IMG/VR virus record: IMGVR_UViG_2778261267_000002
Direction: 5' to 3' (one strand)
Source: a virus
Taxonomy: Duplodnaviria > Heunggongvirae > Uroviricota > Caudoviricetes
Length of the DNA stretch: 39,741 bases
The position numbers were made by a program, and so were the translations under genes. The notes under the pieces were generated by a model. The model had not been told where the DNA came from, searched no databases, and saw only the letters and a program-made list of their open reading frames with translations. Positions 1 to 9,875 of the stretch are shown here, piece after piece. Position 1 is the stretch's first letter. Every line of letters begins with the position of its first letter.

Positions 1-1248
1 ATGGCACTGAATATTCCATTCAGAAATGCGTACTATCGTTTTGCATCCAGTTACTCATTTCTCTTTTTTATTTCCTGGTCGCTGTGGTGGTCGTTATACG
101 CTATTTGGCTGAAAGGACATCTAGGGTTGACAGGGACGGAATTAGGTACACTTTATTCGGTCAACCAGTTTACCAGCATTCTATTTATGATGTTCTACGG
201 CATCGTTCAGGATAAACTCGGTCTGAAGAAACCGCTCATCTGGTGTATGAGTTTTATCCTGGTCTTGACCGGACCGTTTATGATTTACGTTTATGAACCG
301 TTACTGCAAAGCAATTTTTCTGTAGGTCTAATTCTGGGTGCGCTCTTTTTTGGCCTGGGGTATCTGGCGGGATGCGGTTTGCTTGACAGCTTCACCGAAA
401 AAATGGCGCGAAATTTTCATTTCGAATATGGAACAGCGCGCGCCTGGGGATCTTTTGGCTATGCTATTGGCGCGTTCTTTGCCGGCATATTCTTTAGTAT
501 CAGTCCCCATATCAACTTCTGGTTGGTCTCGCTATTTGGTGCTGTATTTATGATGATCAACATGCGTTTTAAAGACCAGGATCACCAGTGCGTAGCGGCG
601 GATGCGGGAGGGGTAAAAAAAGAGGATTTTATCGCAGTTTTCAAGGATCGAAACTTCTGGGTTTTCGTCATATTTATTGTGGGGACGTGGTCTTTCTATA
701 ACATTTTTGATCAACAACTTTTTCCTGTCTTTTATGCAGGTTTATTCGAATCACACGATGTAGGAACGCGCCTGTATGGTTATCTCAACTCATTCCAGGT
801 GGTACTCGAAGCGCTGTGCATGGCGATTATTCCGTTCTTTGTGAATCGGGTAGGGCCAAAAAATGCATTACTTATCGGTGTTGTGATTATGGCGTTGCGT
901 ATCCTTTCCTGCGCGCTGTTCGTTAACCCCTGGATTATTTCATTAGTGAAGCTGTTACATGCCATTGAGGTTCCACTTTGTGTCATATCCGTCTTCAAAT
1001 ACAGCGTGGCAAACTTTGATAAGCGCCTGTCGTCGACGATCTTTCTGATTGGTTTTCAAATTGCCAGTTCGCTTGGGATTGTGCTGCTTTCAACGCCGAC
1101 TGGGATACTCTTTGACCACGCAGGCTACCAGACAGTTTTCTTCGCAATTTCGGGTATTGTCTGCCTGATGTTGCTATTTGGCATTTTCTTCCTGAGTAAA
1201 AAACGCGAGCAAATAGTTATGGAAACGCCTGTACCTTCAGCAATATAG
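1..1248 (+). CDS. cscB: Sucrose:H+ symporter, LacY-family (oligosaccharide:H+ symporter) MFS permease; host gene flanking the prophage
   Basis: 415-aa ORF, polytopic hydrophobic profile, collinear similarity to LacY/CscB recalled from memory (e.g. GLKKPLIW, FEYGTARAWGSFGYA motifs); typical ~50% GC. Confidence 0.8.
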   Translation: MALNIPFRNAYYRFASSYSFLFFISWSLWWSLYAIWLKGHLGLTGTELGTLYSVNQFTSILFMMFYGIVQDKLGLKKPLIWCMSFILVLTGPFMIYVYEPLLQSNFSVGLILGALFFGLGYLAGCGLLDSFTEKMARNFHFEYGTARAWGSFGYAIGAFFAGIFFSISPHINFWLVSLFGAVFMMINMRFKDQDHQCVAADAGGVKKEDFIAVFKDRNFWVFVIFIVGTWSFYNIFDQQLFPVFYAGLFESHDVGTRLYGYLNSFQVVLEALCMAIIPFFVNRVGPKNALLIGVVIMALRILSCALFVNPWIISLVKLLHAIEVPLCVISVFKYSVANFDKRLSSTIFLIGFQIASSLGIVLLSTPTGILFDHAGYQTVFFAISGIVCLMLLFGIFFLSKKREQIVMETPVPSAI

Positions 1249-1256
1249 ACGTAAAC

Positions 1257-1301
1257 TTTTTCCGGTTGTTGTCGATATCTCCATATCCCTCAACCGGAAA
1301 A
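1257..1301. repeat. Inverted repeat hairpin (TTTCCGGTTG ... CAACCGGAAA) just 3' of cscB; possible transcription terminator or REP-like element
   Basis: 10-bp perfect inverted repeat with ~22-nt spacer seen directly 9 nt after the cscB stop. Confidence 0.3.
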
Positions 1302-1671
1302 TAATAATAGTAAAATGCTTAGCCCTGCTAATAATCACCTATGTTCTGGTACAGTCGCTCAAATGTACTCCGGATACACGGTTCGCTGATTTCCAGGACA
1401 TTGTCGTCATTCAGCGACCTGTCCCGTGTATCACGGGCCTGCGAATTCATCAAGGAATGCATTGCGGAGTGAAGTATCGAGTCACGCCGTATTTCGCTAT
1501 CAGGATTCTGTGTGATGGTTACATCGCCCGGCCCAGGGCTGTTTAGTCATCAGCGCTTTCTGACAGTGCTGAGATTTCAACCTGTTGCAGTAAAAATGAG
1601 TAGATATAAGGCAAGTGTGCTGCCAAACCCATCTTTTACGGGGTGAAGGTAGATTTCGTTTGAAGGGTATC

Positions 1672-1686
1672 TGGTGTCCCCTGCAG
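1672..1686. other. Putative attachment-site core copy (TGGTGTCCCCTGCAG = reverse complement of the 3' end of tRNA-Arg argW)
   Basis: 15-nt match to the 3' acceptor/T-stem end of argW as I recall it; host-like sequence on one side, phage-like on the other. Confidence 0.5.
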
Positions 1687-1759
1687 ACATCTACTTGGCG
1701 CGGCAGGGGATTGATTGGAATGATGTTTTTTAGATGTAAGAAATATTTTACCCGCTATT

Positions 1760-1960
1760 TTACCCATTGGCGCGGCTTAAGAGCTTATTTTTGAATTCAC
1801 AATGGTCACGATATAACCATCTTGCTCGTCCGTGGATAACTTTGGCTTTAGGCAGGTCGCCGGACTTAATCCGGTCATAGATGAAGGTCTTACCGAAGCC
1901 AGTATCAGCCATGATGAATTTCAAATCAACCAGTGAATCAGGTTGTAGTTCGTGTTGCAT
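1760..1960 (-). CDS. torI: Excisionase / recombination directionality factor, TorI/AlpA-type winged-helix (66 aa)
   Basis: 66-aa ORF MQHELQPDSLVDLKFIMADTGFGKTFIYDRIKSGDLPKAKVIHGRARWLYRDH...; matches the KplE1 TorI excisionase as recalled; AlpA-family HTH signature. Confidence 0.75.
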   Translation of the reverse strand: MQHELQPDSLVDLKFIMADTGFGKTFIYDRIKSGDLPKAKVIHGRARWLYRDHCEFKNKLLSRANG

Positions 1961-2003
1961 GAGTGCTATCTCCGAATAGGGAATCGAACCTGCAAATCAG
2001 GCA

Positions 2004-2028
2004 ATAAAAAACCGCCATCAGGCGGCTT
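2004..2028 (-). terminator. Rho-independent terminator on minus strand (GCCGCC-UGAU-GGCGG followed by U-run)
   Basis: GC stem-loop plus T6 run read on the minus strand, overlapping the stop of the 55-aa ORF upstream of torI. Confidence 0.5.
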
Positions 2029-2185
2029 GGTGTTCTTTCAGTTCTTCAATACAAATATTGGTTACGTCTGCATGTGCTATCTGCACCCATAGCATCCAGT
2101 GGTCATAGCAGTCGTTGATGTTCTCTGCTTCGATAACTCTGTTGAATGGTTCTCCATTCCATTCACCTGTGACTCGGAAGTGCAT
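2018..2185 (-). CDS. Small hypothetical protein (55 aa)
   Basis: Short ORF MHFRVTGEWNGEPFNRVIEAENINDCYDHW... between the DUF551 gene and torI; below the ORF-track cutoff. Confidence 0.3.
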   Translation of the reverse strand: MHFRVTGEWNGEPFNRVIEAENINDCYDHWMLWVQIAHADVTNICIEELKEHQAA

Positions 2186-2372
2186 TTATCATCTCCATAA
2201 AACAAAACTCGCCGTAGCGAGTTCAGATAAAAGAAATCCCCGTCAGTGCGAGGATTGTTAGTTGCGCTCTGCTGCTTCCTTGGTCATTACCATATCCACC
2301 AAACTTCACCAGACATGATTCTCGCAATCACTATCATCACCAAAGTGATAATCACAACTTTAACTGGCGGCA

Positions 2373-3227
2373 TCATTCACCATCCTGCTCCGGCGGTTCA
2401 GGAATCGCCATCCATCTGATTACATCGCAATTACGTAGGCTGATGTCATCTCCAAGCCATCCTTGACCTTCAGACCAGCATTGCACGTAATACCCGTCTG
2501 CGGCGTCAACTACGCACCACTGCGCGTCGTCCGGCATTCGCTCACTACAGCTTATCCAGCCATCCGGAGTTACCGGATAGTTGCCCGATAGCGCATTACG
2601 CAATCGCTCCAGCTTCACGTATTCCTGAACCCTGTTTCCGTCGCATGCCTGAAGCCATTGCGCAGCCTTTTGCGCATCAGTGTGAAAGGCACAAGTGCGA
2701 CCGTCATCAAATTGCATTTCGTAGAGGTCAGCAACTTGTTCAAACTGCGTATGTTGTGACTTGTAAGTTTGGCTTACAGGTTCGGCACCATGAAGCATGG
2801 CGTCGCTCCGCTCTATGCCATCCAGCGCGATTCGCAGTGCCTGAATTGTGGTAGAGCTATCGTTTGGGGCTATTCCATATCGCTCGAATACAGCTAAATG
2901 GTTGCGCATAATCTCAGGCGTAAGCTCTTTGTAAGCATAAGCAAGAGGCTCTGATGCATTATCCGGCACAACCGACGCAGGCGCGGCAGCATAAACAGGA
3001 ATAACGTCCGATTGATCTTTATTGCTTTCATCCGTCAAAGCCCAGAATAATTTTCCGGCCGGATGTTTGAAAATATAAGCAACTGGCTCTGCTTCCAGTG
3101 ATGCCAGTGCAATTCGTGCCAGTTCCCTAAGATTTTCGCTATATGGTGAAGTATTATCACGATGGATTATGTGGTTAGCTGTATCTATGAGAATTTGCTT
3201 TTGTTCTTCTCTGTTCATAGTGGTCAT
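2373..3227 (-). CDS. DUF551-domain early protein (284 aa)
   Basis: C-terminal W/C-rich segment (DGWISCSERMPDD...WCVV...GYYVQCW) typical of DUF551 prophage proteins; start overlaps upstream stop. Confidence 0.6.
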   Translation of the reverse strand: MTTMNREEQKQILIDTANHIIHRDNTSPYSENLRELARIALASLEAEPVAYIFKHPAGKLFWALTDESNKDQSDVIPVYAAAPASVVPDNASEPLAYAYKELTPEIMRNHLAVFERYGIAPNDSSTTIQALRIALDGIERSDAMLHGAEPVSQTYKSQHTQFEQVADLYEMQFDDGRTCAFHTDAQKAAQWLQACDGNRVQEYVKLERLRNALSGNYPVTPDGWISCSERMPDDAQWCVVDAADGYYVQCWSEGQGWLGDDISLRNCDVIRWMAIPEPPEQDGE

Positions 3228-3228
3228 C

Positions 3229-3945
3229 TCACTCTCCTTTGATGCGAATGCCAGCGGCGCGGATTGCAGCGATGACTTCAGAAACTTTGTATGCCATTAC
3301 CGTTTGGTAATCATCGTGAAAATCTGTTCGATGAAGCATGCTGCTACGTTCTGGGAGCGATATTTCCCGCGCTTCCAGTTCAGCAATCCGCTTCTCTGCG
3401 GCTTCCAGCTTCTCGCGCATATCGTCAACGTACTCGACCAGAGATCCGCCAGCAGGAATTTCGCACTCCTCGACCAGTTGGAAGTAGATATCAGCTGCGG
3501 CCCGTGTGTTGCTATGCCTAGCGTCGCCCATCTCACCTTCACGAAGAGCATCGCGTTCGGCGGTAAGATTGGCTATTTTGCTGTCTTTGCCTTCCAGCTC
3601 AACACGCAGCTTCCCTACCGTAAGCGCAATTTCCTCGTTCTCCTGGTCGCGGCGTTTTATGTATTGCTGGTTTCTTTCCCGTTCATCCAGTAGTGCCAGC
3701 ACGGTAGCCGGATTGGCTGCGGCGATGAATTCAGCATTGGCCTGCTGTTCTATTTGGAAATCTTCATCGAAACCGCTTTCAGGATGCGCTCCTTCAATTC
3801 TGCAAATGGGAAGATATCCAACAACTTCACGATGAATTAGCGCATCACCAGCATCAAATCTCTCCTCTCCATATTCGAGCGACCACACGCCACACGTTGC
3901 TTTTTCTGCCGCCTCACGCAGTGCCTGATAGTCAATCTTGTTCAC
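3229..3945 (-). CDS. Ead/Ea22-like early protein with coiled-coil (GTG start; longest ORF extends to 3978)
   Basis: N-terminus [16 protein letters not shown]... resembles the Ead/Ea22 family; GTG start at 3945 overlaps the stop of the upstream gene (GTGA). Confidence 0.55.
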   Translation of the reverse strand: MNKIDYQALREAAEKATCGVWSLEYGEERFDAGDALIHREVVGYLPICRIEGAHPESGFDEDFQIEQQANAEFIAAANPATVLALLDERERNQQYIKRRDQENEEIALTVGKLRVELEGKDSKIANLTAERDALREGEMGDARHSNTRAAADIYFQLVEECEIPAGGSLVEYVDDMREKLEAAEKRIAELEAREISLPERSSMLHRTDFHDDYQTVMAYKVSEVIAAIRAAGIRIKGE

Positions 3946-4403
3946 TGGCTGCCTCCTTTGCGAAGCTGCTCCGCACAATGCAGCAGGGCGTCCGTCGCTT
4001 CTTTCACCGTAACGATGTCGCCATCGTCCAGCCCGGCAACCGTCGCGTCCTTAACGAACACCGAGCAAAGGTCATTAAACGCCTGCGCCCGTACTTCAGC
4101 CAAGAAAGCGTCGGTGGCTGTGGTTTCGATATCGTTAATTTCAGGAAGAATCTCTTCCCATGTAGCGATATCGCCATTCAAATGCCACCCGGCAATTCCA
4201 CTGGAGTTATCCGCAACACTCCGAACGGCTTCAATAGTTTCATGCATTGCCGCATTCAACGCCGCCAGCGCCGCGCACTTGGCCTCCGCTTCAGCAAATT
4301 TACGCACCAGATATTCAGCGTTTGTTTCGTTAACCTTTAAATCTCGGGGGATGCATTTACCTTTCAGGAATCCATCCATCTCAATTAGTGACATTTGTTT
4401 CAT
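3942..4403 (-). CDS. Hypothetical early protein (153 aa)
   Basis: ORF with ATGA start/stop overlap to the upstream gene (translational coupling). Confidence 0.5.
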   Translation of the reverse strand: MKQMSLIEMDGFLKGKCIPRDLKVNETNAEYLVRKFAEAEAKCAALAALNAAMHETIEAVRSVADNSSGIAGWHLNGDIATWEEILPEINDIETTATDAFLAEVRAQAFNDLCSVFVKDATVAGLDDGDIVTVKEATDALLHCAEQLRKGGSQ

Positions 4404-4582
4404 TTCTTCCCACTCCGCAACATCGCATTCAGATATTTGTTGTCATTAACAGAACCGAAACTATTTCTCTTAAGTAATTCCTCTCTCGATGGCATTGGCT
4501 TTACGCGTTGGCGAATAATCATTTCTGCCGGAAGAATGCCGGGATTGTATGCAAGTCCTCTCATGGTAAATTCCTCAGTCAT
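4400..4582 (-). CDS. Small hypothetical early protein (60 aa)
   Basis: [34 protein letters not shown]... starting at an ATG that overlaps the Abc2-like stop. Confidence 0.35.
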   Translation of the reverse strand: MTEEFTMRGLAYNPGILPAEMIIRQRVKPMPSREELLKRNSFGSVNDNKYLNAMLRSGKK

Positions 4583-4871
4583 TACTGATAGCGCCATAGC
4601 GTGAGCGGTAATTACGCAGACGCGGGTCGATATATTCAGGGAAGTTGGTATATGTGGCTTTGCGGAATGGTCGGATTGATGCCTGGTAAATTCGCTCGCG
4701 TTCTTGTTTCTCTGCAAGCCATATACAATGACGAAATTCCTTTTCCTCTTTCGTTTCCTGCGGTAGCGACATTATCAGGTCGTAGTTTTTTCTGAATTTA
4801 TCCAGCACCTCCAATACGGAATTGCCGGAACAGCGGCGCGCGTCGTCCGCACCATACAGAGGCGCTGGCAT
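4575..4871 (-). CDS. abc2: Anti-RecBCD protein Abc2-like (98 aa)
   Basis: Position downstream of erf as in P22; sequence [10 protein letters not shown]...[10 protein letters not shown] resembles P22 Abc2 as recalled. Confidence 0.5.
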   Translation of the reverse strand: MPAPLYGADDARRCSGNSVLEVLDKFRKNYDLIMSLPQETKEEKEFRHCIWLAEKQERERIYQASIRPFRKATYTNFPEYIDPRLRNYRSRYGAISND

Positions 4872-4894
4872 AATGGAATCCTTATGTTGCTACT

Positions 4895-5278
4895 TTAGAA
4901 GGGAATTGAATCGTCGTATTCAGGATGATTTTGATGATTGCTACTTTGCTGCTGTTGGCTGTTTCCTGAAGTTGCAAATCCAATCTTTGCATTCAGTAAT
5001 TCAAGAGTGATTGATTGACCATTTTGCCCCTGATAAACATCAACCCTGATGTTTTCTCCGGTAATTTCTACAATGCCACCTTCAACAAGAACACTACGGT
5101 AGTAATCCGCTTGCGCTCCCGGCTTGGCAAATACAACGGCGCTGTAGTTTGTCCATTCTTTCTTTTTTGTCTGGCGATCGTAATACTGAACGCCAGCACG
5201 GATGTTGAATCCGATATTTTCCCCGGCCTGAAACTCTCTTGCTGGCTTGTTTAGTCTTACAGTAATCGAATGTGCCAT
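4895..5278 (-). CDS. Short single-strand DNA-binding (SSB)-like protein (127 aa)
   Basis: Gly/Gln-rich linker and acidic C-terminal tail ...EYDDSIPF resembling the SSB C-terminus DDDIPF. Confidence 0.5.
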   Translation of the reverse strand: MAHSITVRLNKPAREFQAGENIGFNIRAGVQYYDRQTKKKEWTNYSAVVFAKPGAQADYYRSVLVEGGIVEITGENIRVDVYQGQNGQSITLELLNAKIGFATSGNSQQQQSSNHQNHPEYDDSIPF

Positions 5279-5883
5279 TAAGCAGCCGCTCCTTCTAATT
5301 CATCTCGTCTGATGTTGTAAACGTCCTGCGCTTTGTGCTGCTCCGGTGTGCCTTCGAGCATCTTCCACGCTTTGGCGAACGCCTGTTTAAGCTCTTCTAC
5401 GGTGTTTTTCTGCATTGCTGCGTCAGTGAATGCCTTTAAAACCTGTTCAGGTGTAGGTGATGGCTTTGATTGCTTTGCTGCTGCGTTCTGCTGATGTTTA
5501 TGCTCGTCTGTATCTGCATCTTTCGCATCATCTATGCCGAACAAACCATTGAGGCAATACTTGCGTGCATAAGAGCTTGTAGCTCCAGTAACTTGTGCAG
5601 AATCCATTCCTTTCTTGCTTTCTTCCTCTCGTGCAAGGGCGGTTGCCGTATGACTGTTTTCGCCATCGGTAATAGTTGCCGTGGCTTTCACGTAATACCG
5701 ATCACCAATCAACACAACTTCATCGCTGATTGATAAAAACAGGCCATTCAGTAGCGGCTTAACGCCTTCAAGAATGTCTTCGCAGCTTCTGTATTTATAT
5801 TTACCGAATGAGTTGTACTGATTCTTTGGCGCGTTCAGATTCTCCTGAATAGCTGCCAGTCTTGCGTAAAATTCTTTGCTCAT
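5278..5883 (-). CDS. erf: Erf single-strand annealing recombinase (P22 Erf family); longest ORF extends to 5913
   Basis: MSKEFYARLAAIQENLNAPKNQYNSFGKYKYRSCEDILEGVKP... closely matches P22 Erf as recalled. Confidence 0.8.
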   Translation of the reverse strand: MSKEFYARLAAIQENLNAPKNQYNSFGKYKYRSCEDILEGVKPLLNGLFLSISDEVVLIGDRYYVKATATITDGENSHTATALAREEESKKGMDSAQVTGATSSYARKYCLNGLFGIDDAKDADTDEHKHQQNAAAKQSKPSPTPEQVLKAFTDAAMQKNTVEELKQAFAKAWKMLEGTPEQHKAQDVYNIRRDELEGAAA

Positions 5884-6139
5884 ATGATTGTTCTCAGAAT
5901 GGACACGGCCCAAGGAAATAACGCTGATTTAATACTTCGACTCGGGACAAATTAAGGCATACCCGCATTCCTTCGCGGTCACCATTATGGCGATACCAGA
6001 GAGCTTTCTGCGTGTACATGCGTCTCTGTAACTTGCTCTCCTTCACTGTGGTTGCAAGTGACATGAATATCTCCTTCGTTACCGATTAATTCTTTCATCT
6101 GACGAATGAATTCTTCGTCTGACCAGTTATCTGTAAAAC

Positions 6140-6262
6140 TCATTTCCTGCGATACCACGGAAGGTTGATAGCTGATTTCATCTCTTTATTTGCTTCAAGC
6201 CACATTTTGGAATCACCAATAAATCTGGCTATTACTGCTTTGTTTTGTGCCGCACGAAGCAT
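6140..6262 (-). CDS. kil: Kil-like small protein (40 aa)
   Basis: MLRAAQNKAVIARFIGDSKMWLEANKEMKSAINLPWYRRK; FIGDxKM motif and position next to cIII as in P22/lambda. Confidence 0.4.
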   Translation of the reverse strand: MLRAAQNKAVIARFIGDSKMWLEANKEMKSAINLPWYRRK

Positions 6263-6276
6263 CTGGTGATTGATGG

Positions 6277-6411
6277 CTATTTCATTGCGCATAACGCCTC
6301 CAGTTGTTTCTTTGCTGCTCTGATTAATTGTTTAACTCGGCGTGATAATTCAGATTCGTGCGGGTAGAAAGCGGACATGACGCCGCTACCCGCGAGCTGA
6401 AAGTGCATCAT
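6277..6411 (-). CDS. cIII: CIII-like protein (FtsH inhibitor family, 44 aa)
   Basis: MMHFQLAGSGVMSAFYPHESELSRRVKQLIRAAKKQ...; HESxL amphipathic motif typical of CIII. Confidence 0.45.
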   Translation of the reverse strand: MMHFQLAGSGVMSAFYPHESELSRRVKQLIRAAKKQLEALCAMK

Positions 6412-6486
6412 GGGTAACTCCTTATATTTGATTGCATAACGAAAACGCCTCGAATGAAGCGTTATTGGTATGCGGTAACGCCGCGC

Positions 6487-6855
6487 TCAGGCGGCTTTGA
6501 TAGTCATATCATCTGAATCAAATATTCCTGATGTATCGATATCGGTAATTCTTATTCCTTCGCTACCATCCATTGGAGGCCATCCTTCCTGACCATTTCC
6601 ATCATTCCAGTCGAACTCACACATAACACCATATGCATTTAAGTCGCTTGAAATTGCTATAAGCAGAGCATGTTGCGCCAGCATGATTAATACAGCATTT
6701 AATACAGAGCCGTGTTTATTGAGTCGGTATTCAGAGTCTGACCAGAAATTATTAATCTGGTGAAGTTTTTCCTCTGTCATTACGTCATGGTCGATTTCAA
6801 TTTCTATTGATGCTTTCCAGTCGTAATCAATGATGTATTTTTTGATGTTTGACAT
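6487..6855 (-). CDS. Acidic hypothetical protein (122 aa)
   Basis: Clean ORF with strong Asp/Glu bias; sits in the ral/ea position between N-proximal terminator and cIII. Confidence 0.5.
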   Translation of the reverse strand: MSNIKKYIIDYDWKASIEIEIDHDVMTEEKLHQINNFWSDSEYRLNKHGSVLNAVLIMLAQHALLIAISSDLNAYGVMCEFDWNDGNGQEGWPPMDGSEGIRITDIDTSGIFDSDDMTIKAA

Positions 6856-6873
6856 CTGTTCATATCCTCATAG

Positions 6874-6901
6874 ATAAAAAATCGCCCTCACACTGGAGGG
6901 C
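6874..6901 (-). terminator. Rho-independent terminator on minus strand (GCCCTC-CAGTGT-GAGGGC + U-run), tL1-like
   Basis: Stem-loop plus T-run read on the minus strand, downstream of the 156-aa ORF. Confidence 0.5.
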
Positions 6902-6963
6902 AAAGAAGATTTCCAATAATCAGAACAAGTCGGCTCCTGTTTAGTTACGAGCGACATTGCTCC

Positions 6964-6991
6964 GTGTATTCACTCGTTGGAATGAATACAC
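6964..6991. repeat. Perfect 9-bp inverted repeat GTGTATTCA-N10-TGAATACAC
   Basis: Seen directly 15 nt downstream of the stop of the 156-aa ORF; no adjoining U-run. Confidence 0.5.
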
Positions 6992-7005
6992 AGTGCTTAT
7001 TTGTA

Positions 7006-7476
7006 CTAATAAAATACCCAATTTTCTGTTTCTTGGTTGTGTCCAAAGTTATATTCAATATCTGGTGTTGATGTATCAATATTCTTCATCCCATCAACAA
7101 GAGTTGATACAACAGCCAAATCTTGTTTGATTCTCATTAAATGGTATTTCTTCCGGCGCAATAAACTTTCAATGGCAAGTTTCTTCGTTGGGAATGCAAA
7201 AGATCTTTCTGCATTTTTTGCTACTTTCTTAATTGCATATCTATTTTTCCTTTGTTTCCATTCCTGTAACCACTGATTTGGTGCTGGTTTAAAATTAACA
7301 ATCCAATGCGCAGGAACCAACCATGCATAATGCTCTGTCTGATGAAAAGATATATATTGAAGTGCGAATATTTTTATCCCATCTTCTTCAACTGTCGCCT
7401 GGAATCTCCAGAAAACAGGCATTCCATCATGTTCAGTTTCTGATTCAGGAAAAGGTACGCTCCATGATTTTGTCAT
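7006..7476 (-). CDS. Hypothetical protein, AT-rich accessory gene downstream of N (156 aa)
   Basis: ORF in a ~33% GC island, preceded by a GAGGTGAG ribosome-binding site; no recognised motifs. Confidence 0.55.
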   Translation of the reverse strand: MTKSWSVPFPESETEHDGMPVFWRFQATVEEDGIKIFALQYISFHQTEHYAWLVPAHWIVNFKPAPNQWLQEWKQRKNRYAIKKVAKNAERSFAFPTKKLAIESLLRRKKYHLMRIKQDLAVVSTLVDGMKNIDTSTPDIEYNFGHNQETENWVFY

Positions 7477-7530
7477 ATCTCACCTCAAATAAGTGGTTTG
7501 CTGCGAAAGTAAATACGCTTAAGTTACCTG

Positions 7531-7668
7531 TTATTTATCCCACCAAGTTCCGTATCTATCTATCCAGTTACACCAATCATCGACATTCCATTTTGCTGTG
7601 TCGCATTTTGGCAATTGGCATGAATATCTACCTTCTTTGTAAAGTCGGCGTTTGACTTTCTTGAGCAT
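7531..7668 (-). CDS. Small Cys/Trp-rich hypothetical protein (45 aa)
   Basis: MLKKVKRRLYKEGRYSCQLPKCDTAKWNVDDWCNWIDRYGTWWDK; immediately downstream of N and upstream of the 156-aa ORF. Confidence 0.3.
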   Translation of the reverse strand: MLKKVKRRLYKEGRYSCQLPKCDTAKWNVDDWCNWIDRYGTWWDK

Positions 7669-7676
7669 GGCTCACC

Positions 7677-8009
7677 TCAATCGTAATAAGCTGGAATTGA
7701 TTTTCCGCGTTGCTTCTGGCGGCCTGAGCAAGTCACACCCATTTCACTGCGTGGCTTGCTGTACCATGTGCGCTGATTCTTGCGCTCAATACGCTGCAGG
7801 TTGCTTTCAATCTGTTCGTGGTATTCAGCCAGCACCGTAAGGTCTATCGGATTCAGTGCGCTTTCTACTCGTGATTTCGGTTTGCGATTCAGCGAGAGAA
7901 TAGGGCGGTTAACTGGTTTTGCGCTTACCCCAACCAACAGGGGATTTGCTGCTTTCCATTGAGCCTGTTTCTCTGCGCGACGTTCGCGGCGGCGTGCTTG
8001 TGCATCCAT
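7677..8009 (-). CDS. N: Antitermination protein N (lambda N)
   Basis: MDAQARRRERRAEKQAQWKAANPLLVGVSAKPVNRPILSLNRKPKSRVESALNPIDLTVLAEYH... near-identical to lambda N including the arginine-rich RNA-binding motif. Confidence 0.9.
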   Translation of the reverse strand: MDAQARRRERRAEKQAQWKAANPLLVGVSAKPVNRPILSLNRKPKSRVESALNPIDLTVLAEYHEQIESNLQRIERKNQRTWYSKPRSEMGVTCSGRQKQRGKSIPAYYD

Positions 8010-8283
8010 CTGGATTCTCCTGTCAGTTAGCTTTGGTGATTGGATGGCCGGCGCTGAACCCCGGCTTACTGGTTAGAGCGCCCGCACTACCAGTGACGCT
8101 GTCTTGAGGCGCAGATTGGTTACTGCTTGCCATGAGCGCTGTTTATACATTGGTCGAGCATCAGCCTGCTCATTCATCCAATCCCAAAGCCTTCTGCTTT
8201 AAATGCTGCCCTTCTTCAGGGCTAAATTTTTAAGAGCCTCACCTTCAATGGTGGTTAGTGCGTCCTGCTGATGGCTTAAAATT

Positions 8284-8352
8284 ACAAGAAAGATTGTATG
8301 CTGTAAACAAGAAATATTGTAAAAATGGGCGTGAAAAAACAAACTCCATTGT
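8284..8352. promoter_or_regulatory. OL operator cluster / pL region: three 14-bp 434-type operators (ACAAGAAAGATTGT, ACAAGAAATATTGT, ACAAACTCCATTGT)
   Basis: Three ACAA-N6-TTGT 14-mers at 8284..8297, 8307..8320, 8339..8352 seen directly, upstream of N on the minus strand. Confidence 0.6.
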
Positions 8353-8520
8353 TTTTAAACGGAAAATAGTTTGTTTTTTGGTTGTCGAAATCGAGGTGAG
8401 GATTACTGGTTGCAGGTTCCGACTACATCACCAACAAAGGATTTGGTTGATGTAAGTTGTTGCATACCTGGGATGTTCATTACTTTGGAGTAAAGAGCTT
8501 TTTTTGTCTGTAGTGATTGA

Positions 8521-9756
<1,236 letters not shown>

Positions 9757-9875
9757 GACATTCCCGCTCTTACACATCCCAGCCCTGAAAAAGGGCATCA
9801 AATTAAACCACACCTATGGTGTATGCATTTATTTGCATACATTCAATCAATTGTTATCTAAGGAAATACTTACAT

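Noticed and set aside
328-998. Short ORFs on both strands inside the permease gene (328..510, 338..553, 532..717, 780..998)
   Set aside because: Fully overlapped by the 415-aa MFS permease ORF, which has a coherent transmembrane profile.
1249-1760. Integrase gene next to the excisionase at the left end
   Set aside because: No ORF with recombinase features is present; the integrase is at the right end (38584..39741), consistent with the att site lying between xis and int.
3169-4449. Plus-strand ORFs (3169..3693, 3506..3835, 3897..4340, 3958..4449) in the early-left region
   Set aside because: Antisense to the coherent minus-strand operon with translationally coupled genes; Ser/Ala-rich low-complexity translations typical of the wrong strand.
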